Below, in pieces: positions 17,579 through 25,125 of a stretch of 25,125 bases of DNA (the first letter of the stretch is position 1; each line of letters opens with the position of its first letter). The notes under the pieces are model-generated. The model was given only the letters and a program-made list of their open reading frames with translations, did no database searches and was not told where the DNA came from. Origin of the DNA: Planctomycetales bacterium (GTDB lineage: Bacteria > 4484-113); the NCBI GenBank assembly GCA_037445915.1, contig JBBIJQ010000026.1:1-25125 (forward strand), in the 5' to 3' direction. The translations under genes were made by a program, and so were the position numbers.

Positions 17579-17938
17579 CTAGCGTGCGAGCAAAAGCGCG
17601 AGTACCGCCACAGGCGCTAAAGCTGCAAGCATCAAGAGGCCAAGGCAGCCTGATTTTACTTTAACTTGTTGCTGGCTGCTTGATTGATCCCTGTTGAGTT
17701 TCGCTTCAAGGCCATCCGAACGAGGCATGGCGTCTATGCCTTTATAGCGGTTGAGGCGCGTCTGCTCGCGTTCAAAGTGCTCCCCCTGGCCCGCCTTCAA
17801 CAGGCCGCCGGAGTACTTTTGACTAGCATCCGTCGGTTTCACAGTTTGGGGTTTCTGCCCCTCAATCATTGAGATGTCCGGCGCCCTGATAGGCCGACGA
17901 ACAACTGGGCGTTTTTGCTGCTCCTGGTTACGCTCCAC
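17579..17938 (-). CDS. Hypothetical protein with single C-terminal membrane anchor
   Basis: Hydrophilic Q/R/K-rich body, ends KSGCLGLLMLAALAPVAVLALLLAR; GGGGA upstream of GTG; TGGTATAAT promoter upstream. Confidence 0.6.
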   Translation of the reverse strand: MERNQEQQKRPVVRRPIRAPDISMIEGQKPQTVKPTDASQKYSGGLLKAGQGEHFEREQTRLNRYKGIDAMPRSDGLEAKLNRDQSSSQQQVKVKSGCLGLLMLAALAPVAVLALLLAR

Positions 17939-17969
17939 CTAATTAGTCCCCCGAAAAGCCAAACGGCCA

Positions 17970-18065
17970 GATTAGCTTCCATCCTTGAAGCTAATCCATT
18001 ATACCACTACTGTTCCCGCGTTGTAAGGGTTGTCAAGCCCTATTTCCTGTGGTAAACTAATAACG
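17970..18065. promoter_or_regulatory. Divergent promoter region with perfect inverted repeat
   Basis: Minus strand TGGTATAAT (18006-17998); plus strand TTGTCA (18030-18035)-17-TAAACT (18053-18058); GATTAGCTTC-N7-GAAGCTAATC at 17970-17996. Confidence 0.65.
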
Positions 18066-18491
18066 ATGGGAAAGGAAGTAATCGAAAAGCTGTGCCGCCG
18101 CCTGCTTGACGAGCGGGCACGGACTTTGCGCACCATCGCCCAGGAACTCAACGAGAACGACCTTCGCCGTCCATCCGGTACAGAGGAACTCAGCGTCGCC
18201 GACATTCTCCAACTCCTCGTCGTAGGCGATGCCGACTTCTTCACTGGCGAAGAAGAGGAGATTGAAGCTCCCATAGGCGCGTTTCTGCATCCGCTTTACT
18301 TCATCCGCCTGGCTTCGGAAACGAGGGGCAAGCTTCTCACACAGTTGCAGGAGCTTACAGACGAAGATTTGGATTCGCCGTTTGGAGACACAAACCTTAC
18401 GGTGCGCCAAGTCGTCGAGGATCTCATCGCTAGCGAAAGCGAATACCTCCGTCCTGCGCTGGAGCGCTACATCGTTTCCCGGGGAAATTAG
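18066..18491 (+). CDS. DinB/YfiT-like four-helix protein lacking the His metal ligands
   Basis: R.RTL..I..LNENDL..P.....SVADIL.LL and R..LL..L.ELTDEDLD......TVRQVV pattern; start set at ATG 18066, 7 nt after -10. Confidence 0.6.
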   Translation: MGKEVIEKLCRRLLDERARTLRTIAQELNENDLRRPSGTEELSVADILQLLVVGDADFFTGEEEEIEAPIGAFLHPLYFIRLASETRGKLLTQLQELTDEDLDSPFGDTNLTVRQVVEDLIASESEYLRPALERYIVSRGN

Positions 18492-18646
18492 GCGAGGCAC
18501 GGGCTTCTGTGTTAGCGCCTGCAATGCCGGCGTAATCCCTGCTTGAACCTCGCCATCGCTGCTGCCGCGCAATTTACGCACGACGATTTCTTTGCCGCGC
18601 GCTTTCGTGATAACATATTAGGCATCTTAATTCTAAGGAGTTAACG

Positions 18647-18769
18647 ATGCCTTGCGCAAAGAAACCTGCTGCGAAAACTGCCGCTAAGAAGACTGAGACC
18701 AAACCCGTCGCGAAGAAGGCTGCCCCGAAAAAGGCTGCCCCGAAGAAGGCCGCCGCGAAGAAGAAGTAA
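18647..18769 (+). CDS. 40-aa Lys/Ala/Pro-rich histone H1-like basic peptide (not in ORF track)
   Basis: MPCAKKPAAKTAAKKTETKPVAKKAAPKKAAPKKAAAKKK; strong RBS TAAGGAG (18634-18640) 6 nt before ATG; downstream hairpin. Confidence 0.85.
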   Translation: MPCAKKPAAKTAAKKTETKPVAKKAAPKKAAPKKAAAKKK

Positions 18770-18790
18770 CAACTCCGCCTGAACTACGTT

Positions 18791-18838
18791 GCAGCCCTGC
18801 CGCAGCCCTTATCCGAGGTTGCGCAGGGCTGTTGCTTT
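18791..18838. terminator. Long GC-rich hairpin between convergent small ORF and alaS
   Basis: GCAGCCCTG..CGCAGCC pairs with GGTTGCG..CAGGGCTGT, followed by TGCTTT. Confidence 0.6.
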
Positions 18839-18848
18839 AACTGCAAGC

Positions 18849-21542
18849 CTAGCTAAGCGTTGCCAGCTTTAAGCGCAGGAGCGACACGACATCTTCCATC
18901 TTGCCTGCATCTTTCCCGCCTGCCTCGGCGAACTCGTCGCTGCCGCCGCCTCCGCCGCCCATGAGCTTCGCCAGCTCGCGCACTATCGCGCCTGCCTTCA
19001 GTCCGCGCGGAATGAGGTCGGCGGAGAACTTCAACGTCAATCCAACCGACTTCTCTTCCTTGCGCACAATCAATACCGCATATGGCGACTTGCCTGCCTT
19101 GACCAGTTCGCGCGCCACGCGCTCCACGACCGTCTTCACATCATCTTTCGTCGCGCCCTCAAGCCCGGCGGTGACCAGCGCAACTTCGCCTACAATTTCG
19201 GGTTGCGTAACCCTCTCCGCAATCGCAAGAAACATCGCATTCCGCCGCAGGTTCATCATTTCCTCGTGCGCCTCGCGCAACCCCTCGCGAAGCTTGCCGA
19301 CTGTCATCGTCACTTCGTTGAGCGGCACGCGAAATTCGCGCATCAGGTCTTCGCTGACTTCGCGGAACGTCGCGAGAAAGCGCACCGCTTCCATCCCCAC
19401 TGCGCCCTCAACGCGGCGGATGCCCGACTGCACCGACTCCTCTTTCACCACGACGAAGCTGCCCGCCTGCGAGCTGCGCGTCATGTGCGTGCCGCCGCAA
19501 AGCTCGCGCGAAACCTGCGCGCCTTCTTCGCCGATGTTCACTACGCGCACGGCCTCGCCGTATTTCTCGTCAAACACCGCCGTCACGCCTTCGCGCTTCG
19601 CTTGCACCAGCGGCAGTTCCTGCATCCACACGCGGTAGTCGGTTAGGATTATCTCGTTGACGATGCGCTCCATCTCGCGAAGCTGCGCCGGGCTCACCGC
19701 CTCGTAATGGCTAAAGTCAAAGCGGATGCGGTCGGGGTATATCTGCGAGCCGGCCTGGTTGATATGGTCGCCCAGCACCTGCTTCAGCGCGGCGAGCATC
19801 GCATGCGCCGTCGTATGCGCGCGCATTATCGCTTGTCTGCGCGGCTCGTCCACTGCAAGCTGCACCCCTTCGCCCGCGCGCATGTCAGCAACGCCGCCTT
19901 CGGCGAAATAGCCGATGTGCTCGCCCTTCGCGCGGCAGTCCACGATGCGCATCTTCCCATTGCCCGCGAGCGCCCAGCCCATGTCGCCGGGCTGGCCGCC
20001 GGTTTCGGCGTAGAACGGCGTGCGGTCGGTGTAGAGCGTGTACAGCTCATGCCCCTTCGCCTCATCCGCGCCCGCCGAGTCCTTTTCCTTAGCTTCCATC
20101 TTTCCAGCGAAGGGCTTGATGCAGCGCACCTTCGCATTCGCGCACAGCGTGTCATACCCTAGAAATTCCACATCGCCTGTTTCCACCGCGCCTTCCTCCA
20201 CCTGGAAGTTGGAGTTGAATTCCTTGGCGTCGCGCCCGCGCTGGCGCTGCGCTTCCATCTCGGCTGCGAACTCCGCCTCGTCCACCTCGCATCCGCGCAA
20301 CCGCGCCAGTTCCTGCGTCACTTCAAACGGGAAGCCGTAGGTGTCGTGCAGCGTAAATGCAAACTTGCCGGAGACAGCGCCGCCGTTGCGAGTAAACTCG
20401 CGCTCCAAGTCATCAACTCCGCGCTCAAGCACGCCGAGGAAGCCTTCCTCCTCACGCGCAAGCCATGTAAGTATGCTGTCGCTGCGGCTTTGCAGCTCGG
20501 GATACGGCGCGCCCATCTTCCCAATGACAAGCTGCGCCGCCTCGCGCAGAAATGTCTTGCGCACGCCCAGCAAATACGCAGTCTTCACTACACGCCGAAT
20601 GACGCGCCTAAGGACATAACCACGATCAAGGTTGCTCGGCGTGATATTGTCTGCTAGCAGGAACGCGGCGGTGCGCATGTGGTCGGCGCAAAGCCAAAAC
20701 GGGTTGTATGCTAGCTGCGAAGCCTGCACGCGCTCCGGCGCTGTGGCCGACGCGGCAAGCTTCGTGAAGTAATCCACGAGATACGCAAACAGGTCGCATT
20801 CATACACGTTTTGCTTGCCCTGCAGCACCATCGCAAAGCGCTCCAGGCCTGCGCCTGTGTCAATGTTCTTCTTGGGCAGCGGTGTGAGCTTCCCCGCCTC
20901 GTCGCGGTTGAACTCCATGAAGACAAGGTTCCACACCTCCATCATGCGCCCTTCGTCGGTCATGCGCACGAAGTCGTCGGCATTCTTGCACGGGTTCTTC
21001 TCCGCGCGCTGCATGTCAAAGAATATCTCGGTGTCGTAGCCGCAGGGGCCGGTGTCACCCGCAGCCCACATGTTATGCTCATCGCCCAGGCCGAAGATTC
21101 GGCCGCGCGAAACGCCCGCGGCTTTCTCCCACAAGCCGGGCGCATCGGGATCGTTATTGTGCGTCGTCACGTAAAGGTGTTTCGGGTCAAGCCCTGCCCA
21201 CTGCTTGCCGGTAAGGAATTCCCACGCAAACTCAATCGCTTCTGCTTTGAAGTAGTCGCCGAAGCTGAAGTTCCCCAGCATCTCAAAAAACGTGTTGTGG
21301 CGGTTGGTGAAGCCGACGCGGTCAAGGTCAACCGTGCGCACGCACTTCTGGCACGATGCCGCGCGCGGCGCGGGGGGTGCTTCCTTGCCTTCAAAGTAGC
21401 GCTTCATCGGCGCCATGCCTGCGCCTATGAGCAAAAGCGACGGGTCAGCGAGCGGGACCAGCGGGGCGCTGGGCACAACCTTGTGCCCCTTCCCCGCGAA
21501 GAAATCCAGGAAACCTTGCCTTATTTCATGTGATTCGCGCAC
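18849..21542 (-). CDS. alaS: Alanine--tRNA ligase
   Basis: AGMAPMK, QKCVR, RHNTFFEMLGNFSFGDYFK, EVWNLVF, IDTGAGLER, DH.R, TPFYAETGGQ.GD, editing HTTAH and ELCGGTH, C-terminal GGGGG..A.AGG. Confidence 0.98.
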   Translation of the reverse strand: MRESHEIRQGFLDFFAGKGHKVVPSAPLVPLADPSLLLIGAGMAPMKRYFEGKEAPPAPRAASCQKCVRTVDLDRVGFTNRHNTFFEMLGNFSFGDYFKAEAIEFAWEFLTGKQWAGLDPKHLYVTTHNNDPDAPGLWEKAAGVSRGRIFGLGDEHNMWAAGDTGPCGYDTEIFFDMQRAEKNPCKNADDFVRMTDEGRMMEVWNLVFMEFNRDEAGKLTPLPKKNIDTGAGLERFAMVLQGKQNVYECDLFAYLVDYFTKLAASATAPERVQASQLAYNPFWLCADHMRTAAFLLADNITPSNLDRGYVLRRVIRRVVKTAYLLGVRKTFLREAAQLVIGKMGAPYPELQSRSDSILTWLAREEEGFLGVLERGVDDLEREFTRNGGAVSGKFAFTLHDTYGFPFEVTQELARLRGCEVDEAEFAAEMEAQRQRGRDAKEFNSNFQVEEGAVETGDVEFLGYDTLCANAKVRCIKPFAGKMEAKEKDSAGADEAKGHELYTLYTDRTPFYAETGGQPGDMGWALAGNGKMRIVDCRAKGEHIGYFAEGGVADMRAGEGVQLAVDEPRRQAIMRAHTTAHAMLAALKQVLGDHINQAGSQIYPDRIRFDFSHYEAVSPAQLREMERIVNEIILTDYRVWMQELPLVQAKREGVTAVFDEKYGEAVRVVNIGEEGAQVSRELCGGTHMTRSSQAGSFVVVKEESVQSGIRRVEGAVGMEAVRFLATFREVSEDLMREFRVPLNEVTMTVGKLREGLREAHEEMMNLRRNAMFLAIAERVTQPEIVGEVALVTAGLEGATKDDVKTVVERVARELVKAGKSPYAVLIVRKEEKSVGLTLKFSADLIPRGLKAGAIVRELAKLMGGGGGGSDEFAEAGGKDAGKMEDVVSLLRLKLATLS

Positions 21543-21549
21543 AGCGAGT

Positions 21550-21558
21550 AGGATAGCA
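21550..21558 (-). promoter_or_regulatory. Extended -10 box TGCTATCCT, 7 nt before alaS GTG
   Basis: TGnTAnnnT match; no Shine-Dalgarno. Confidence 0.55.
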
Positions 21559-21565
21559 TAAGGCT

Positions 21566-21697
21566 GTAAGGCGCGGACTTGTAGAGCGCTAATGGGACTT
21601 TAAGTAAGAGAGCGGAGGCGGGATACATGTTCCCGCCCTACACCCAAAGCCAGAGCCGGGCTGGTTGCCCTTCGCAGGCAGGTAAAGCCCCGCCTAC
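21566..21697. repeat. REP-like elements between alaS and GNAT gene
   Basis: 21617-21641 is 20/25 identical to 11449-11473; degenerate inverted partner at 21566-21590; 21651-21697 matches the reverse complement of 11226-11251 at 23/26 after removing a 21-nt insert. Confidence 0.7.
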
Positions 21698-21788
21698 AAG
21701 GAGTTATTTAGTCTGAAAAGCCAGAACAGGCTATTCCGGCGCAGAAATGCGGTAGAATACCGGCGTGGGGTAATAAAGAGGAGTCTAA

Positions 21789-22490
21789 ATGGCGACGATA
21801 GACTACAGGCCGATGGACAGGGACTACATTCTCCCTGTATGCCCAAAAGTCCTGGTAAAGGGGCCGTTTGACCGCGGCGACCCGACCGGGCACTTCGGAT
21901 TCGTCAGCGATTGCCCCACCGTCAACGACGAGCTTCTGCGCACGTATGTGGAGAAATACGGCACCTGCGGCTATCTCGCCTGGGACGGCTACGCGGTCGT
22001 GGCTGCCTCGCTCTTTTTCCCGCTCAACGACCTCCCCGCGAAGCTTTGCAAAATCTACGACGTTGACGAATACCCGCGCAGGTGGTTTGACGCGCTCAAC
22101 AAGGAAAAGGGCACGATGGTCATGGGCTGCTGCATAGTCGCGCCTGATTACCGCGACCGGGGCATCGGCACAAAAGTCGTTGAGGCGTCGCTCGCGTGGA
22201 TGCGGCGCAACCGCTGGCTGCGCGCGGTGAAGCTCGGCGTGCCGTCGGAAGTTTACGGCTTCACCGACCATTTCAATTTGCCGTTTTGGGAGAAGATGGG
22301 CTTTCGCGTCTTCAGGCTTATTGACCGCAGCGAAACCGAGCCCTGGGCGAGCCGCGAGCGCGCGAAGCTCCTGCGCCTGCACGAAAGCGGGCACTTCAAC
22401 GCGCAGGGGATTGACTTCTGCGGCATCCTCAAGACGCGCGGATGGCAGGGCATCCTCGGCGTTAACGACCTAGAACAGCGCTTCGCATAG
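21789..22490 (+). CDS. GNAT family N-acetyltransferase
   Basis: Acetyl-CoA motif A VAPDYRDRGIGT, motif B FWEKMGF; RBS GAGGAG. Confidence 0.8.
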   Translation: MATIDYRPMDRDYILPVCPKVLVKGPFDRGDPTGHFGFVSDCPTVNDELLRTYVEKYGTCGYLAWDGYAVVAASLFFPLNDLPAKLCKIYDVDEYPRRWFDALNKEKGTMVMGCCIVAPDYRDRGIGTKVVEASLAWMRRNRWLRAVKLGVPSEVYGFTDHFNLPFWEKMGFRVFRLIDRSETEPWASRERAKLLRLHESGHFNAQGIDFCGILKTRGWQGILGVNDLEQRFA

Positions 22491-22507
22491 GCTATACCCA
22501 CGCACTC

Positions 22508-23212
22508 CTACCCCGACATGTAATCGCTGAAGGGGCGCTCTTCGGCGGTTCCGGCGGTGCAGCGGGGGATGCTCTCCACAATTCCCGGAAGGTGGCAATA
22601 CGGCACGCTCACATACAGCACGCCTTCGGGGGTGCCCGTCATCTTGCGCGCCGTCCAGTCGCCGAAGCTCACGTTCACTTCGCCCGTCACCAGTGAATAC
22701 GCAACCGCCATGTGGCAATGCGCGCCAATCATTTCGGTTTTCGGCGAGCGGCCGGTGAAGAATGCGTGCAGCGTGATGAGGCGGCACGCCTGCTCGGGGC
22801 TAACGTAAAATACCGCGACGTCGGGCTCAAGCTGCGCGCTGTCCATCGGCGCTATGACGATATGGCTCGCGAGGCCCTTGGGCGGCGGGGAGGCAGTGAC
22901 CATCATTCGGTGGAAGACGGCGTAGCTCATCGCCAGCTTCTCGCCGTGCACGAGGAACTTCTTGAGGCCTTCGCCTGCCTTGCCCTGCGGGGGGTCGCCC
23001 AAGCCGAGATGCCATGTCCCGCCGCCGCACGAGGAGTTTTCAGCGTCAAGGACGATGGTCTCGCCCTGGTGCGCCTTGTCAAGCGCGAAGCATCCCCGGC
23101 AAGCCTTGGGGCGCTTTACATCGGGCGGGTCAAACGTGTAGCTCACGGCGACGATGCTGCCTTCAAGTTTGAGAACTTCGGTTAGCGTCTTTGCATACTG
23201 CTGCCAAATCAT
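22508..23212 (-). CDS. DUF169 family protein
   Basis: LKL.G..VAV, C......A..G, SC.GG...LG, EPDV..F...PEQA.RL, C...VA....TG..NVSFGD..AR pattern; RBS GGAGG. Confidence 0.8.
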   Translation of the reverse strand: MIWQQYAKTLTEVLKLEGSIVAVSYTFDPPDVKRPKACRGCFALDKAHQGETIVLDAENSSCGGGTWHLGLGDPPQGKAGEGLKKFLVHGEKLAMSYAVFHRMMVTASPPPKGLASHIVIAPMDSAQLEPDVAVFYVSPEQACRLITLHAFFTGRSPKTEMIGAHCHMAVAYSLVTGEVNVSFGDWTARKMTGTPEGVLYVSVPYCHLPGIVESIPRCTAGTAEERPFSDYMSG

Positions 23213-23240
23213 AATTGCCTCCGGCTTAGCCGCGCAGGTG

Positions 23241-24704
23241 TCAGATTATAAAACTCAGGCGCGGCATCAAAACGATAACGGTTATATTGTCCTTGCCCCC
23301 CAACGACAGCGCTTCGCGCACGAGCGCATCGGCAAGCGCGGCGGGCTGCGCTGCCTCCCCTGCGATTTCGGCGATGCGCGCCGGGCGCACGAGGTCAGAC
23401 AGCCCGTCACTGCAAATCACAATGAACGCATCAAGCGGCAGGCGGAACGCGGATACGTCGGGCTTCACGTCGGGGACAATCCCCATGCCCTGTGAGATGA
23501 CATTGCGCTGCGGGAGGGTATAGGACTGCTCCTCGGTGATGCTCCCCGCGTCCAGCATTTCCTGCACCAGCGAATGGTCGCGCGTCAACGGACGGACTCT
23601 CTGCCCCCCTGCCGCGAAGGCGCGCGAATCGCCGACGTTGAATACGATGCATTGCGCCGCCGCAAGCGGAAAGCCGGTTTCCAGCGAGCCGGGATGCGTT
23701 ATGTATATGCCCGTGAGCGTCGTGCCCATGCCGGTGAATTCGGCGGAAGCGGAAGACGACTCGTGCAGCTCGCGGCTGATGGAGCGGATGTGCTCCGCGA
23801 TGAGCGATGTGGCGCTGCGCTTGCGGTCGCCGCGCGAGAGCGGCCAGAGGCCCGAATAAAAGCGCAGCAGTTCAAGGCAAAGCGCTGATGCAAGCTCGCC
23901 CGCTTTATGCCCGCCCATGCCGTCGGCGACGGCGAAAAGCGACGAGGAATCGGCCGAGCCTTCTATGACGCAAGTGCTCGCCATATAGGCGTCTTCATTA
24001 TTGTCTCGCACCAAACCTGCGTGCGTGCTTGCCGCAAAGTCCATTTGCAGCTTGAGTTGCGGTATGAGGCTGGTGAAGTTCTCAGGCGACTGCGCGATTG
24101 CCGCGAGGAAGTTCATCATCGCGCTGTGGCACTCAACGAATGCAGGAGTTGCTTTGCGCTCAGCGAAAGCTCTTTGCAGCCAATGCGCGATTCCCTTTGT
24201 AATGCCGAAACTCGGCGCATCAGGCGCAAGGTCTTCAAGGTGGTAGAAGCGCATCCTGTAGTCGCTGAGGCCGGGCACACGCATCTCTCCTGCGTTGCGG
24301 AGGTAGATGCGCGAGGCGTCAAATGCATTTAGCGATGCGCCTGCCGCGTCCTGGAACGAAGCGTCCAGCCCCAGCGCCTGTGCAATGAGGGGCAGCACGT
24401 CCGAAAGCTCCAGCCCCTGCGCTGCGTCTTCCAGCGTAAAGTCAAAGTCGCTTGCGGTGTAGCCTGCGTCTTCCAGCAGCAAGTCCTCGCAACCTGGCAG
24501 CGCGTCGGGCAGCGCGGATAGGAGCTTAGCGATATGCGCTGGTGGCTTGCCTTCCCACGTCCAGCGCAAATGCGTAGCCCCATTCCTGCGCACGCGGACT
24601 AGCTTCGCACCGTTCTCGGCAAGCAGCTCTTCTTCGCTCTTGCTTCCAAGCACTGGGATGAAGGGGTCCGTGCAGTCGCCAGGCGGGTCGCTATGTGCAG
24701 CCAC
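23241..24704 (-). CDS. PP2C/PPM-family Ser/Thr phosphatase with ~220-aa N-terminal extension
   Basis: G.VRDNNEDA, AVADGMGGHKAGELAS, GMGTTLT, NVGDSRA, LTRDHS, CSDGL, GGKDNITV. Confidence 0.9.
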   Translation of the reverse strand: MAAHSDPPGDCTDPFIPVLGSKSEEELLAENGAKLVRVRRNGATHLRWTWEGKPPAHIAKLLSALPDALPGCEDLLLEDAGYTASDFDFTLEDAAQGLELSDVLPLIAQALGLDASFQDAAGASLNAFDASRIYLRNAGEMRVPGLSDYRMRFYHLEDLAPDAPSFGITKGIAHWLQRAFAERKATPAFVECHSAMMNFLAAIAQSPENFTSLIPQLKLQMDFAASTHAGLVRDNNEDAYMASTCVIEGSADSSSLFAVADGMGGHKAGELASALCLELLRFYSGLWPLSRGDRKRSATSLIAEHIRSISRELHESSSASAEFTGMGTTLTGIYITHPGSLETGFPLAAAQCIVFNVGDSRAFAAGGQRVRPLTRDHSLVQEMLDAGSITEEQSYTLPQRNVISQGMGIVPDVKPDVSAFRLPLDAFIVICSDGLSDLVRPARIAEIAGEAAQPAALADALVREALSLGGKDNITVIVLMPRLSFII

Positions 24705-24708
24705 CGCC

Positions 24709-25125
24709 TTACAACCATTCCTTGCGGTAGAAGTAATAAATGATTGCGCCGCTCATCAGAAGAAGGAATACGTCCAGCCCCCAAATAAAATACTTCTCTT
24801 CCATCCCGTGCAGAACGTTAAGGTTCATGCCGAAATAGCTGGCTACGAAGGTCAGTGGAATGAACAACGCTGCATAGACCGTGAGGATGCGCTGGATTTC
24901 CTCTGAGCGCGCCTGGATGATGGTGGAATGCATCCTCAATAGCTGGGTCAGGATTTCACGCTCATGGTCAACGATTTGGGCTGCTTTCTCCAGGTGGTTA
25001 ATTAGGCCGCCAAGGTAAACGACGATTTCCTCGCGCTCCTCGTCGGAGATGGGCAGCTGCTCCTCAGGCTCTTCATAGGCGCGCACCTGTTCCTGGAGAA
25101 TCTCCAATTCCTGCAAAATTGACTT
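24709..25125 (-). CDS. corA: CorA-family divalent cation transporter, 5'-truncated by window edge
   Basis: LTV...LFIPLTFVASYFGMN signature, second TM and YFYRKEWL tail; frame open to window end. Confidence 0.88.
   Translation of the reverse strand, partial: KSILQELEILQEQVRAYEEPEEQLPISDEEREEIVVYLGGLINHLEKAAQIVDHEREILTQLLRMHSTIIQARSEEIQRILTVYAALFIPLTFVASYFGMNLNVLHGMEEKYFIWGLDVFLLLMSGAIIYYFYRKEWL

Noticed and set aside
17970-17996. CIRCE (HrcA) element
   Set aside because: Shares TTAGC..GCTAA ends but the span is 23 nt rather than 27, the arms differ from TTAGCACTC, and no chaperone gene is adjacent.
18057-18581. 174-aa minus-strand ORF
   Set aside because: Fully overlaps the plus-strand DinB-like gene, which has a promoter and protein-like pattern.
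18901-21533. Long antisense ORFs opposite alaS (also those opposite mfd, lysS, kbl, purM, GNAT)
   Set aside because: Shadow frames expected from high GC3 codon usage; no independent motifs.

Overview
Bacterial housekeeping region, GC-rich, probably from a diderm (kdsA, lipoproteins). No rRNA, tRNA, CRISPR array, transposase or phage gene was seen. Gene order: 3' part of mfd; dockerin/PKD/cohesin-like lipoprotein (-); lysS; recX (-); SpsF-type cytidylyltransferase; small membrane protein (-); full-length HppA (membrane pyrophosphatase) homologue lacking its catalytic acidic motifs; selD with an in-frame UGA (Sec) and a SECIS hairpin; DUF1844-like protein; kdsA; a cluster of REP-like palindromes; a tdh-acsA-acp-kbl operon (-); small lipoprotein; purM; tail-anchored hypothetical; DinB-like protein without His ligands; an unannotated 40-aa Lys/Ala-rich H1-like peptide; alaS; more REPs; GNAT; DUF169; PP2C; 3' part of corA. 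The strongest candidates for something new are (i) the threonine dehydrogenase/glycine C-acetyltransferase pair with an AMP-forming ligase and a dedicated acyl carrier protein inserted between them, (ii) the apparently catalytically dead HppA paralogue, and (iii) repeated (extended) -10 boxes 5-9 nt before start codons, suggesting widespread leaderless transcription. Family calls come from motif recognition by eye; no database search was run.
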